Shown in pieces: positions 18,028 to 26,750 of a DNA stretch of 64,000 nt. The notes under the pieces were generated by a model. That model made no database searches. It saw only the letters and a list, made by a program, of their open reading frames with translations, and was not told the origin of the DNA. Numbering within the stretch: position 1 is the first letter of the stretch; each line of letters starts with the position of its first letter. The DNA is from Nitrobacter sp. (GTDB lineage: Bacteria > Pseudomonadota > Alphaproteobacteria > Rhizobiales > Xanthobacteraceae), in the NCBI GenBank assembly GCA_035546855.1, contig DASZVY010000034.1:20195-84194 (forward strand), in the 5' to 3' direction. A program made the position numbers and the translations under genes.

Positions 18028-19212
18028 ATGGCATCGGAGTCGTCAATAGTGACCGCGCAAGCGATGCTTCCGGACGATGGAACGTCCGGCGCGCTGGTGG
18101 GGCGCGTCTGGCTGCCGGAAGTTGCGGGGCCCGCCGTCGTCGCCGTCAGGAGCGACGGGGTTTTCGATGTCACCGCGCGCGTCCCGACGGTGAGCGCACT
18201 GTGCGATGTCGACGATCCGGCGGACGCGTTGAGGCAGACTGAAGGCAGGCGGATCGGCGATCTCGCAGCGATTGTCGCGAACACGCCGCCCGATCGTCGT
18301 GACGCGACGAAGCCATGGCTGCTGGCGCCGCTCGATCTTCAGGTGCTGAAGGCCGCCGGCGTCACCTTCGCAATTTCGATGCTGGAGCGGGTGATCGAGG
18401 AGCGGGCGCGCGGGAATCCCGCATCCGCCGAGGCGATCCGCAAGGAGGTGGTGCGGCTGGTGGGCGACGACCTGTCCCGGTTGAAGCCGGGATCGGCCGA
18501 GGCGATGCGGCTCAAGCAAGTGTTGGTCGAACAGCAGGCCTGGAGCCAATATCTCGAAGTCGGTATCGGTCCCGACGCGGAGGTGTTCACCAAGGCGCCG
18601 GTGCTGTCCGCCGTCGGCACCGGAATGGATGCCGGCCTGCATCCGAAGTCGACCTGGAATAATCCGGAGCCGGAGGTGGTGCTCGCTGTTTCAGGCCGCG
18701 GCCGCATCGTCGGCGCGACGCTCGGCAACGATGTCAACCTGCGCGACTTCGAAGGCCGTTCCGCCCTGCTGCTCTCCAAGGCCAAGGACAACAACGCATC
18801 CTGCGCGATCGGCCCGCTGCTGCGCCTTTTCGACAGGAGTTTCTCGCTCGATGACGTGCGCAAGATGCACGTCGATTTAACGGTGCGAGGGGAGGACGGC
18901 TTCGAGCTCAGCGGTCGTTCGTCGATCGCGCAGATCAGCCGCGACCCCGCCGACCTCGTCGCGCAGACGATCGGGCCGGTGCATCAATATCCCGATGGCT
19001 TCGCGCTGTTCCTCGGCACCATGTTCGCGCCGGTGAAGGACAGGGATGTGCCGGGGCAAGGCTTCACCCACAAACCCGGCGACATCGTCACGATCGCAGC
19101 GCCGCAACTCGGTCGGCTCGTCAATCGCATGCGTCCGAGCGACGAATGCGAGCCGTGGACGTTCGGCATCTCGGCGCTCATGAAAAACCTGGCGGCGCGC
19201 AAGGTGCTTTGA
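18028..19212 (+). CDS. Fumarylacetoacetate hydrolase-family protein
   Basis: ORF 17950..19212. ATG at 18028 (MASESSIV) is preceded by AGGAA. The C-terminal half resembles the FAH fold (NDVNLRDFEG ... GTMFAP). Confidence 0.7.
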   Translation: MASESSIVTAQAMLPDDGTSGALVGRVWLPEVAGPAVVAVRSDGVFDVTARVPTVSALCDVDDPADALRQTEGRRIGDLAAIVANTPPDRRDATKPWLLAPLDLQVLKAAGVTFAISMLERVIEERARGNPASAEAIRKEVVRLVGDDLSRLKPGSAEAMRLKQVLVEQQAWSQYLEVGIGPDAEVFTKAPVLSAVGTGMDAGLHPKSTWNNPEPEVVLAVSGRGRIVGATLGNDVNLRDFEGRSALLLSKAKDNNASCAIGPLLRLFDRSFSLDDVRKMHVDLTVRGEDGFELSGRSSIAQISRDPADLVAQTIGPVHQYPDGFALFLGTMFAPVKDRDVPGQGFTHKPGDIVTIAAPQLGRLVNRMRPSDECEPWTFGISALMKNLAARKVL

Positions 19213-19249
19213 TCCGGAGACCGCGGATGCCAATCCCGGCGGAGAGGCT

Positions 19250-22200
19250 TCAAAACAGGCTGAGTTGCTGTGCCGGCCTGCGTTTCCGCCCGGCCGCGCC
19301 ATCGCTGATCGTCAGGTCCGCCGCGATCTCCTTGAGGAACGGCGAAGGCGGCGGCGCGCGCACCGCGCCGCGCCAGAACCGCTCGGCCGCGCGCGTCAGG
19401 AACAGCCTGTCCTTGGCGCGGGTCATGGCGACGTAGAACAGCCGCCGTTCCTCGGCCGCCGCTTGGTCGTCGTCCGGTGTCGCCGCGTCGTCCCACGAAA
19501 ACGGCACCAGCCCGGCCTCGAGCCCGACGACGAACACGACCGGAAACTCCAGCCCCTTGGCCGCGTGCATGGTCGCGAGCAGGACACGGTCGGCGCGCGC
19601 GTCGCGGAAATCGGCCTCGGTGGACAGCGCCACCGCCTCCGCGAACCGGGCCGGATCGCCAGCGACCGAATCCGATGCGGCGAGCGCAGTGAGCCAGCCG
19701 CGGGCCTCGGCCAGCGCGGCCGCGTCGGCTTTCTCCGCCCTGCGGGCGTTCTCCGCCGCTTGCCCGATGCGCGCGGGAAGGTTCATTTCCTCCGGTGTGT
19801 CCAGCCCATCAAGGATCGCCGTCACGCCGGGATGGCCGGCGATGGGAGCGGGCGAGCTTTTCATGAACGGAATGCCGGTGCGGTCGAAGGCGGCCCGCAG
19901 CGCCGCCGCCTGCGCGTCGGTGCGATAGAGCACGGCGCAATCGGCGAAGCCGAGCGGCCGGCCGCCGCCGGCATCGGCGCCGTTGCGGTTGGCCGCGAGG
20001 AGATCGTGTCCGCCGAGCAGGCTTTCGATGGTGGCTGCAACGAAGTCCGCTTCCGCCGCCTCGTCCGCCGCCGCATGGGTCACGATCGGCTGGCCCATCG
20101 GACGGCTGATGTCCGCGGATGCTGCGCCGATGAAGCCCGCCGCCGCCGTCACGATGGTGCCGGTCGAGCGGTAGTTGCGCGTGAGCCTCAAGGTGCGGGC
20201 GGAAGGGAAATCCCGCTGGAAGCGGGCAAAGCAGGCGGCATCGGCGCCGCGAAAGCCGTAGATCGCCTGATCGGGATCGCCGATCACGCAGAGCCGGCCG
20301 CCGTCGCCGGCGATCAGCCGCAACAGGCGGTATTGCTGCTCGTCCACGTCCTGAAACTCGTCGGCGACGACGTGCGGGAAGCGCGCCTGCCACGCGGCGG
20401 CGACCGTCGCGTCCGTCTCCAGAAGATCGGCCGACAGCACCACGAGGTCGTCGAAGTCGACGAAGCCCCGCGCGCGGCCGAGCCGGTCGAGCACGGCGCG
20501 CGCGTGTGCCGCCTCGTCCGAGCCGCTCGCGCCGGTGCGCTTGAGCACCGAGACGGCCCGGAGCAGGCGGGCGGCGCGCGTCTCGCTGACGCCCATCGCT
20601 TCGGCCAGCGCCGCCGTGCGCTCCGCTTCACCAGCGACGCGAACGTCCGCGCCGAGACCGCCGCGGCCGGCATGCGCCCGCAGGATCGCAAGGCCCAGCG
20701 AGTGGAAGCTGTGCACCGCCACCTCCCGCGCCTCCGCGCCGAGCAGTCCGGCGAGCCGTGTCCGCAGTTCCTCGGTCGCCTTGCGGGTGAAGGTGATGGC
20801 AAGGCACGCTCCCGCCGCCACGCCACGCTCGCGCATCAGATGGGCGATTCGGTGGGTGAGCATGCGTGTCTTGCCGGATCCGGGCCCGGCAATCACCATC
20901 AGCGGTCCGTCGACGGCTTCCGCGGCGCGTGCCTGATCAGGGTCGAGACCGGCGAGAACGCCGCTGCGTTCCGAGGGCTGCATCGCGGGGGCTTCAGGGG
21001 GCGCCGGTTCGTCTACCGGGGTCTCTTTCGCCTTGGGTTTCGCCCGGCGTGCGCGGCTGGACAGCGGCGCGTCGAACAGCATCCGGTTTCCGGCGAGGCG
21101 GTCGATCTCGCTGTCCTCGAACAGACGGATGACGCCATATTCGCCGTCATAGCCGGCCTGACGGATGACCGCGCCGGAACGCAGCCGCGTCACCGCCTCG
21201 CCGAGCAGCGGATGGACCTTCGCCACATCCTCGACGGCCAGCTCTTCCAGCAAGGCAAGCTCTGGCCCGAGCACGGCGATCGTGCGGTCATAGGTGTGGG
21301 ACACGGCTTTCGAGGCGACGCCGCTGCCGACGATCTCCGAGAGGATCTCGGGCAGGGGCACCAAGCTCGTCACCGCGCCCGCCGTCGCCGGCGGCACGGC
21401 CTCGGCCTCGCTGCGGTCCGCGAGCGCCTCGATGCGATGGGCTACGCCCACAGTGACGGGCCGCCCGCAGACCGGGCAACGGCCGCCGAGCGCGAGCGTT
21501 TCCTTGGGGTCGAGCCGCACGCCGCAGGCGCGGTGTCCGTCCAGATGGTACTTGCCCTCTTCGGGGAAGAACTCGACCGTGCCGACATAGCCGTCGCCGG
21601 TCTCGAGCGCGCGGCGGATGGAAAAATAGTCGGGCTCGCAGGAAAAGCGCGTCGCCTCGCGACCGAGCTTGCCGGGCGAATGGGCGTCCGAATTGGAGGT
21701 GAGACGGAAGCGGTCGAGCGCGGAGAGGCGCCAGTTCATGGCCGGATCGGACGACAGCCCAGTCTCCACCGCGAAGATGTGCCCGGCGAGGTCGCCGTAG
21801 CATTCCTCGATGGAGTCGAAGCCAGATTGCGAGCCGAGCGCCGCGAACCATGGCGTCCAGATGTGGGCGGGGACGAGATAGGACTCCGGCCCGGATTGCA
21901 GCGTGATCTCCAGCAGGTCGCGCGAGTCGAGCCCGAGGATCGGGCGTCCGTCGGAAGCGATGTTGCCGATGCGGCCCAGCGCCGCCGCCAGCCGGTTCGC
22001 GGCGTCGAGATCGGCCGCATAGATCAGGTGATGGATTTTTCGGGTCTTCTCGCCCTTCTTGTAGATGGTCGAGATCTCGGTGGACAGCATGAAGGAGACC
22101 GGCCGCCGGCAGGCCGGCGGCAGGGTCTCCAGGAGCGCCGTCTCGATGTCGGGCCGCAGGCGGAAGAGTCCGTTGCCTTCGGCCACCAGCTTGTCCTTGA

Positions 22201-22354
22201 TTTCGGCGAGCCAGGCCGGATGCACGCAGTCGCCGGTGCCGACCACCCGCACGCCCTTGCGCGCCGCCCACCAGAACAGGTGCTCGAGATCGAGATCCCG
22301 GCTCGTGGCGCGGGAATATTTCGAGTGGATGTGCAGGTCGGCGTGGAAGGTCAT
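19250..22354 (-). CDS. Fusion protein: endonuclease-Q-like PHP nuclease with Zn ribbon (aa 1 to about 415) plus UvrD/Rep-type SF1 DNA helicase (aa about 466 to 1034)
   Basis: N-terminal PHP metal motif ADLHIHSKYSRA, also NSDAHSP and HLDGHRACG...CPVCGRPVTVGVAHR. Helicase motifs AGPGSGKT (I), ADEFQDVD (II), GDPDQAIYGFRGA (III), TRNYRST (IV), TMHAAKGLEFPVV (V) and YVAMTRAKDRL (VI). Confidence 0.85.
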   Translation of the reverse strand: MTFHADLHIHSKYSRATSRDLDLEHLFWWAARKGVRVVGTGDCVHPAWLAEIKDKLVAEGNGLFRLRPDIETALLETLPPACRRPVSFMLSTEISTIYKKGEKTRKIHHLIYAADLDAANRLAAALGRIGNIASDGRPILGLDSRDLLEITLQSGPESYLVPAHIWTPWFAALGSQSGFDSIEECYGDLAGHIFAVETGLSSDPAMNWRLSALDRFRLTSNSDAHSPGKLGREATRFSCEPDYFSIRRALETGDGYVGTVEFFPEEGKYHLDGHRACGVRLDPKETLALGGRCPVCGRPVTVGVAHRIEALADRSEAEAVPPATAGAVTSLVPLPEILSEIVGSGVASKAVSHTYDRTIAVLGPELALLEELAVEDVAKVHPLLGEAVTRLRSGAVIRQAGYDGEYGVIRLFEDSEIDRLAGNRMLFDAPLSSRARRAKPKAKETPVDEPAPPEAPAMQPSERSGVLAGLDPDQARAAEAVDGPLMVIAGPGSGKTRMLTHRIAHLMRERGVAAGACLAITFTRKATEELRTRLAGLLGAEAREVAVHSFHSLGLAILRAHAGRGGLGADVRVAGEAERTAALAEAMGVSETRAARLLRAVSVLKRTGASGSDEAAHARAVLDRLGRARGFVDFDDLVVLSADLLETDATVAAAWQARFPHVVADEFQDVDEQQYRLLRLIAGDGGRLCVIGDPDQAIYGFRGADAACFARFQRDFPSARTLRLTRNYRSTGTIVTAAAGFIGAASADISRPMGQPIVTHAAADEAAEADFVAATIESLLGGHDLLAANRNGADAGGGRPLGFADCAVLYRTDAQAAALRAAFDRTGIPFMKSSPAPIAGHPGVTAILDGLDTPEEMNLPARIGQAAENARRAEKADAAALAEARGWLTALAASDSVAGDPARFAEAVALSTEADFRDARADRVLLATMHAAKGLEFPVVFVVGLEAGLVPFSWDDAATPDDDQAAAEERRLFYVAMTRAKDRLFLTRAAERFWRGAVRAPPPSPFLKEIAADLTISDGAAGRKRRPAQQLSLF

Positions 22355-22498
22355 GATGCGGCGCCATTCGTCTTGCGGACGGAATGCGAAGATTCTTCAA
22401 TCCCTTGATAGCATGCGGCAACAGGGACGGCTCCCAAGGAAAGCGTGCAAATCACAGCATTCAAAGTAGCGCGGCAGCGGCACCGTCAGTCGGTTGAT

Positions 22499-22551
22499 TT
22501 GGACCATATAATGGTCTAAATCTCTCAGAGAATTGGACCTCCAAATGGTCC
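22499..22551 (+). promoter_or_regulatory. Two copies of inverted repeat TTGGACC-N7-GGTC(T/C) upstream of vapB; the first embeds TATAAT
   Basis: GGACCatataatGGTCT at 22501..22517 and GGACCtccaaatGGTCC at 22535..22551. TATAAT at 22507..22512. GGAGAGGAG Shine-Dalgarno just before the ATG at 22568. Confidence 0.6.
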
Positions 22552-22567
22552 GGAGAGGAGCAGGGTC

Positions 22568-22825
22568 ATGCAGGTCCCCGTAACCGAGGCCAAGGGGCAG
22601 TTGACGGAACTGGTCCGGCGCGCCGAGGCGGGAGACGAAATCATCCTGACTCGGCACGGCCATGCCGCCGTGCGGCTGGTGCCGGTCAAGACCGCGCCTG
22701 ACCGGAAATCCCGCCGGGCGCTGCTAGAGGCGGTGCGGGCATCTGCCGCCGCGAAGGCGACGGCTGGACCGAGCGCCGCGCGCAGCCAAGATTTTCTCTA
22801 TGCCGATGACGGCCTGCCCGGATGA
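22568..22825 (+). CDS. vapB: Type II antitoxin, Phd/YefM-type (VapB role)
   Basis: 85 aa. N-terminus MQVPVTEAKGQLTELVRRAEAGDEIILTRHGHAAVRLVPV is the Phd/YefM fold signature. It overlaps the downstream PIN gene by 4 nt (ATGA). Confidence 0.85.
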   Translation: MQVPVTEAKGQLTELVRRAEAGDEIILTRHGHAAVRLVPVKTAPDRKSRRALLEAVRASAAAKATAGPSAARSQDFLYADDGLPG

Positions 22826-23205
22826 TCGCCGTCGATACGTCCGCGCTGATGGCGATTGTCCTGAACGAAACTGAGGCGGATGCCTGCGCTGGGGCGCTTG
22901 AGGCTGAGGATCGCCTGTTGATCTCCGCCGCCACCGTGGCCGAGGCATTGATCGTTGCTGCGCGACGCAACGTTGGCGAAGAGATGGCCAGGTTGGTCGA
23001 TGGGCTTGGCCTTGAGATCGTCAGCGTAACACCCGCATCGGCGCGGCGCGTCGCCGGGGTTTACGCGAAATGGGGGAAGGGCGTTCACCCCGCCTCGCTG
23101 AATTTCGGCGACTGCTTCGCCTACGAAGTGGCGAAGGAGCATGAATGCCGGTTGCTCCATGTGGGCGAAGATTTCACACGGACGGATGTCGAGGGCGTAT
23201 TTTGA
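22822..23205 (+). CDS. vapC: Type II toxin, PIN-domain ribonuclease VapC
   Basis: 127 aa. MIAVDTSALMAIV (first acidic residue) and C-terminal FGDCFAYEVA ... DF match the PIN acidic quartet arrangement. Confidence 0.85.
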   Translation: MIAVDTSALMAIVLNETEADACAGALEAEDRLLISAATVAEALIVAARRNVGEEMARLVDGLGLEIVSVTPASARRVAGVYAKWGKGVHPASLNFGDCFAYEVAKEHECRLLHVGEDFTRTDVEGVF

Positions 23206-23300
23206 AGATCCATGGGGGCGGGGATTCGCGGCACACGTCGCGAGCGGGATGACAGCCTTATCTGGTATCGATCGCGCAGCACGCGCGGAATCGCTGCTAT

Positions 23301-24257
23301 CTATTTGACGCGAACAACGCGGAAGCCGATGTTGCTTGCTGAGCTGTTGGGTGTATTCGAACTGCGAGCCGCGACTCGATAGCGGTTGCAATAAGATTCG
23401 TGGCAGAGAAACGAGCCGCCGCGCAGAGATCTGTACGGAGTGAGATCGGCAAAAAGCGGGTCCGACGACGCCGTCGCCCTGTGATACTGCGGAGAAAAAT
23501 GGTCCTCGCACCATTCCCAGACATTGCCCGCGACATTATGGAGGCCGTATCCGTTCGGCTCAAACGCGTGCACGGGCGCCGTGCCGAAGTAACCGTCGTC
23601 GATTGTGTTGTGATCGGGAAAGACGCCCTGCCAGATATTGCAACGATGGTGGCCTGCAGGTTGCAGTTCATTGCCCCAGGCATAAATCGCCTGATCTAAT
23701 CCGCCGCGCGCGGCCATTTCCCATTCCGCTTCGGTCGGCAGACGCGTCCCCGACCATTTGCAATAGGCCTGGGCATCGTTCCAGGAGACGTGCACAACGG
23801 GATGATCGAGCCGGTCGAGAACGGTGCTGGATGGTCCTTCGGGCTGCGCCCAGTAGGCATGCGGCACGGCCACCCACCACGGGGTTTCCCGCGCGCGGCC
23901 GGTGAGATCAGCGCGACTGGCTTGTGATAGCAGCCCGTCGAACACAAAACTCCAGCCGTATCGTTCGGCGTCGGTCGTATATCCAGTTGCACGAACGAAG
24001 TCGCCGAACTGAAGGTTGCTCACGGCATAGCAGGCGATGGCGAATGTCGAGACCGTAACCGCACGGATCGGGCCTTCGCCGTCGTCTGGAAAGCGCGTGT
24101 CATCCGAGCCCATCCGGAATGTGCCGCCGATTGGAGCACTCCATTTCCGCGGGATCGGAACAGGATTTGGCGAGATGGCGCGCAACGCGTCGCCGCCCGG
24201 TGCCGACGCCCTGCCGGCATGGCCTTGAGCGCAGCACTGAGGGCGGCCTTCAACCAT
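23301..24257 (-). CDS. Formylglycine-generating enzyme (SUMF1/FGE family)
   Basis: FGE-sulfatase domain motifs HPVVHVSWNDAQAYCKW, RLPTEAEWEMAARGG, NVWEWCED and RGGSFLCHESYC (Cys pair). No signal peptide visible. Confidence 0.85.
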   Translation of the reverse strand: MVEGRPQCCAQGHAGRASAPGGDALRAISPNPVPIPRKWSAPIGGTFRMGSDDTRFPDDGEGPIRAVTVSTFAIACYAVSNLQFGDFVRATGYTTDAERYGWSFVFDGLLSQASRADLTGRARETPWWVAVPHAYWAQPEGPSSTVLDRLDHPVVHVSWNDAQAYCKWSGTRLPTEAEWEMAARGGLDQAIYAWGNELQPAGHHRCNIWQGVFPDHNTIDDGYFGTAPVHAFEPNGYGLHNVAGNVWEWCEDHFSPQYHRATASSDPLFADLTPYRSLRGGSFLCHESYCNRYRVAARSSNTPNSSASNIGFRVVRVK

Positions 24258-24300
24258 CTGAGTTGTCGTACCTTCTCGCCGAGAGCGCTGATGTTGCCGG

Positions 24301-25941
24301 CTATTTTTGCTTCTCTTCTTCCCAGAATGCCGTGCCGCCTTCGGCCTTCATCAATTCCAGAATCTTCTCGCGCGGAATCACCCCGCAACGATCGGCCCAG
24401 CGCCGATAGTGCTCGGCCATGTCCCGAACGCGATCCGGATGCTGCGCGGCGAGATCGTGCATCTCGGTCCGGTCGGTTTCCATGTCGTAGAGCTCCCACG
24501 GACCGGGATACTTTCGCACCAGCTTCCATTTTCCGATCCGAACGGCGGCATTGCCTTCGTGCTCCCAAAACAGCGGCCCGCGTGCGCCGTAGGCTGACGC
24601 AAACGACGGCACGAGGCTTTCGCCTTCGCATGGCAGGATCGGATGACCGTCATATTCCCTGGGGTAGGGCGCGCCGGTGACGTCGAGAATGGTCGCCATG
24701 ACGTCCGGCAACTGGCTTGGATTGTGCCGCAGGCCGCCTCGCTCGGAGATGCCCGCCGGCCAATGCACGATGAACGGCGTGGCGATGCCGCCTTCATGGA
24801 CCCAGTGCTTGTAGAGCCGGAACGGCGTGTTCGACAGGTTCGCCCATGCCGTGCCGTAGCTCTGATAGGTGTCCTCGCCGCCCGGCATCAGCGACGGATC
24901 GTTGCCGAAGCGAACAGGTTTGCCCGCGCGCGTCTTTGCCTTGGCGATCATGAGCTGATCGACCAGTTCCCGCGCGGTGACGCCTTCCGGGATGTCTTCG
25001 GCGCAGGCCCCGTTGTCCGACAGGAAGATGATCAACGTATTGTCCATCTGACCGGTTTCCTCAAGGCTCTTGAGGATGCGCCCGATGCCCTGATCCATGC
25101 GGTCGATCTGCGCGGCATAGACTTCCATGCACCGCAGCGTCCATTCCCGGTGTTGCGCTTCGGTCCACGGCAGCTGGGTGGGATCGCGGTCGGTCAACTG
25201 CCAGTTGGGGTGGATGATCCCGTCGTCGACCAGCCGCTTGAGGCGCTGTTCGCGCAGGCGGTCCCAGCCGGCATCGAAGCGTCCCCGGTATTTTGCGATG
25301 TCCTCATCATGGGCATGCAGCGGCCAATGCGGCGCCGTATAGGCGACGTACTGGAAGAAAGGTGCGCCGGGATGGTTCTTTCTGTGCTGGCGGATATAGG
25401 CCACGGCCTGATCGCTGATCGCATCGGTATAGAAGAACGACGGATCATTCTCGGCTTCATGCTCGATGTTGTCGTTGCCGCGCGTCAGCGTATTCGGGTT
25501 GTAGAAGCTGCCCGCGCCGATGATGGTGCCGTAAAAATGATCGAACCCGCGCTGCAGCGGCCACGCGTCGGTGGGTTCGGTCAGGTTGCTCGCGATATGC
25601 CACTTGCCGCTCAGATATGTCGTGTAGTTCTTTTGCTTGAGGACCTCGGCGATCGTCACGCAGCTCTTGTTCAGATTGCCGGCGTAGCCTTCCGGGCCAT
25701 TGCTGTAGGTCAGGATGCCGATGCCGGTCTGGTGCGGGTGCAGGCCGGTCAGCAGCGAGGCGCGCGACGGGCTGCAGCGCGCGGTGTTGTAGAACTGCGA
25801 GTAGCGCAGGCCGTTGGCCGCGAGCCGATCCAGATTCGGCGTTTCGATCTCGCCGCCGTAGCAGCCGATGTCCGAAAACCCCATGTCGTCGTTCAGGATC
25901 AGCAGGATGTTCGGACTGCTGGCTTTTGCACCGTTAGGCAT
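24301..25941 (-). CDS. Cys-type arylsulfatase (formylglycine-dependent sulfatase)
   Basis: N-terminus PNILLILNDDMGFSD and sulfatase signature CSPSRASLLTG (C56 encoded at 25774..25776). 546 aa. Starts MPNGAKASSPNILL, with no signal peptide. Confidence 0.9.
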   Translation of the reverse strand: MPNGAKASSPNILLILNDDMGFSDIGCYGGEIETPNLDRLAANGLRYSQFYNTARCSPSRASLLTGLHPHQTGIGILTYSNGPEGYAGNLNKSCVTIAEVLKQKNYTTYLSGKWHIASNLTEPTDAWPLQRGFDHFYGTIIGAGSFYNPNTLTRGNDNIEHEAENDPSFFYTDAISDQAVAYIRQHRKNHPGAPFFQYVAYTAPHWPLHAHDEDIAKYRGRFDAGWDRLREQRLKRLVDDGIIHPNWQLTDRDPTQLPWTEAQHREWTLRCMEVYAAQIDRMDQGIGRILKSLEETGQMDNTLIIFLSDNGACAEDIPEGVTARELVDQLMIAKAKTRAGKPVRFGNDPSLMPGGEDTYQSYGTAWANLSNTPFRLYKHWVHEGGIATPFIVHWPAGISERGGLRHNPSQLPDVMATILDVTGAPYPREYDGHPILPCEGESLVPSFASAYGARGPLFWEHEGNAAVRIGKWKLVRKYPGPWELYDMETDRTEMHDLAAQHPDRVRDMAEHYRRWADRCGVIPREKILELMKAEGGTAFWEEEKQK

Positions 25942-25972
25942 GTTTCTGTCCTTGTTTATAACGTGCGTGGTG

Positions 25973-26746
25973 TCATGAGTGACGCGTCAGGCTGATGCTG
26001 AGGCGGAAATAGTTCGGCAGGTAGACCGCGCGCAAAAGCTCCAGCGCGCGCCCGTCTTCGCCAAAGGTGACGCGCTCGATGGAGAGCAGCGGCGCGCCGA
26101 CCTTGACGCCGAGCAGCTTTGCGCTGTCCGCATCGGCGAGCTCCGCGCCGATGGTCTGCTTCGCATCCTTGATGCTGAAGCCGAACTCGTCCTCGAAGAC
26201 GCGATACATGATGATCGAAATGAGGTCGCGCTTCTCCAGTTCGAGCCCGATGTCCGGCGGATAGAAAGCGTGCTCGATGGCGATCGGCGTTTCGTCCGCG
26301 AGGCGAACGCGCTTGAGCTGCCACACCGCTCGCTCCTGCAACTGGGCGCGAACTTGGGGGTCGTGCCGATTGGTCATTCCCCGCTGCAGGATTTTCGCGC
26401 CGGCCTTGTATCCGGCATCGCGAATGGTTTCGGAAAAGCCCATCAGGCGTCCGACCCAGTTTTCCGGCTGGTTCGACCGCAGGAAGGTGCCGCGCCCGCG
26501 GGAGCGGGCGAATATCCCTTCGTTGACGAGTGGCGCGATCGCATTGCGGATCGTGATGCGGCTGACGCCGAAGTGACGGCCGAGCTCGGCTTCCGTCATC
26601 AATCGTCCCGTCTCGTCGATGAGTTCGCCTTCGCGGACTTGCCGGCGGATCGCCTCGCGAATCTGGATATGCAGGGGCGATGATGTTTCCGTACCCGCAT
26701 TGCCGTTGGCGAGCGCCGGTCTTTTTTTGCGCGCATTCACGGGCAT
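25973..26746 (-). CDS. GntR-family regulator with UTRA effector domain (HutC subfamily)
   Basis: wHTH LMTEAELGRHFGVSRITIRNAIAPLVNEGIFARSRGRGTFL, followed by a UTRA-like C-terminal half. Confidence 0.85.
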   Translation of the reverse strand: MPVNARKKRPALANGNAGTETSSPLHIQIREAIRRQVREGELIDETGRLMTEAELGRHFGVSRITIRNAIAPLVNEGIFARSRGRGTFLRSNQPENWVGRLMGFSETIRDAGYKAGAKILQRGMTNRHDPQVRAQLQERAVWQLKRVRLADETPIAIEHAFYPPDIGLELEKRDLISIIMYRVFEDEFGFSIKDAKQTIGAELADADSAKLLGVKVGAPLLSIERVTFGEDGRALELLRAVYLPNYFRLSISLTRHS

Positions 26747-26750
26747 GACG

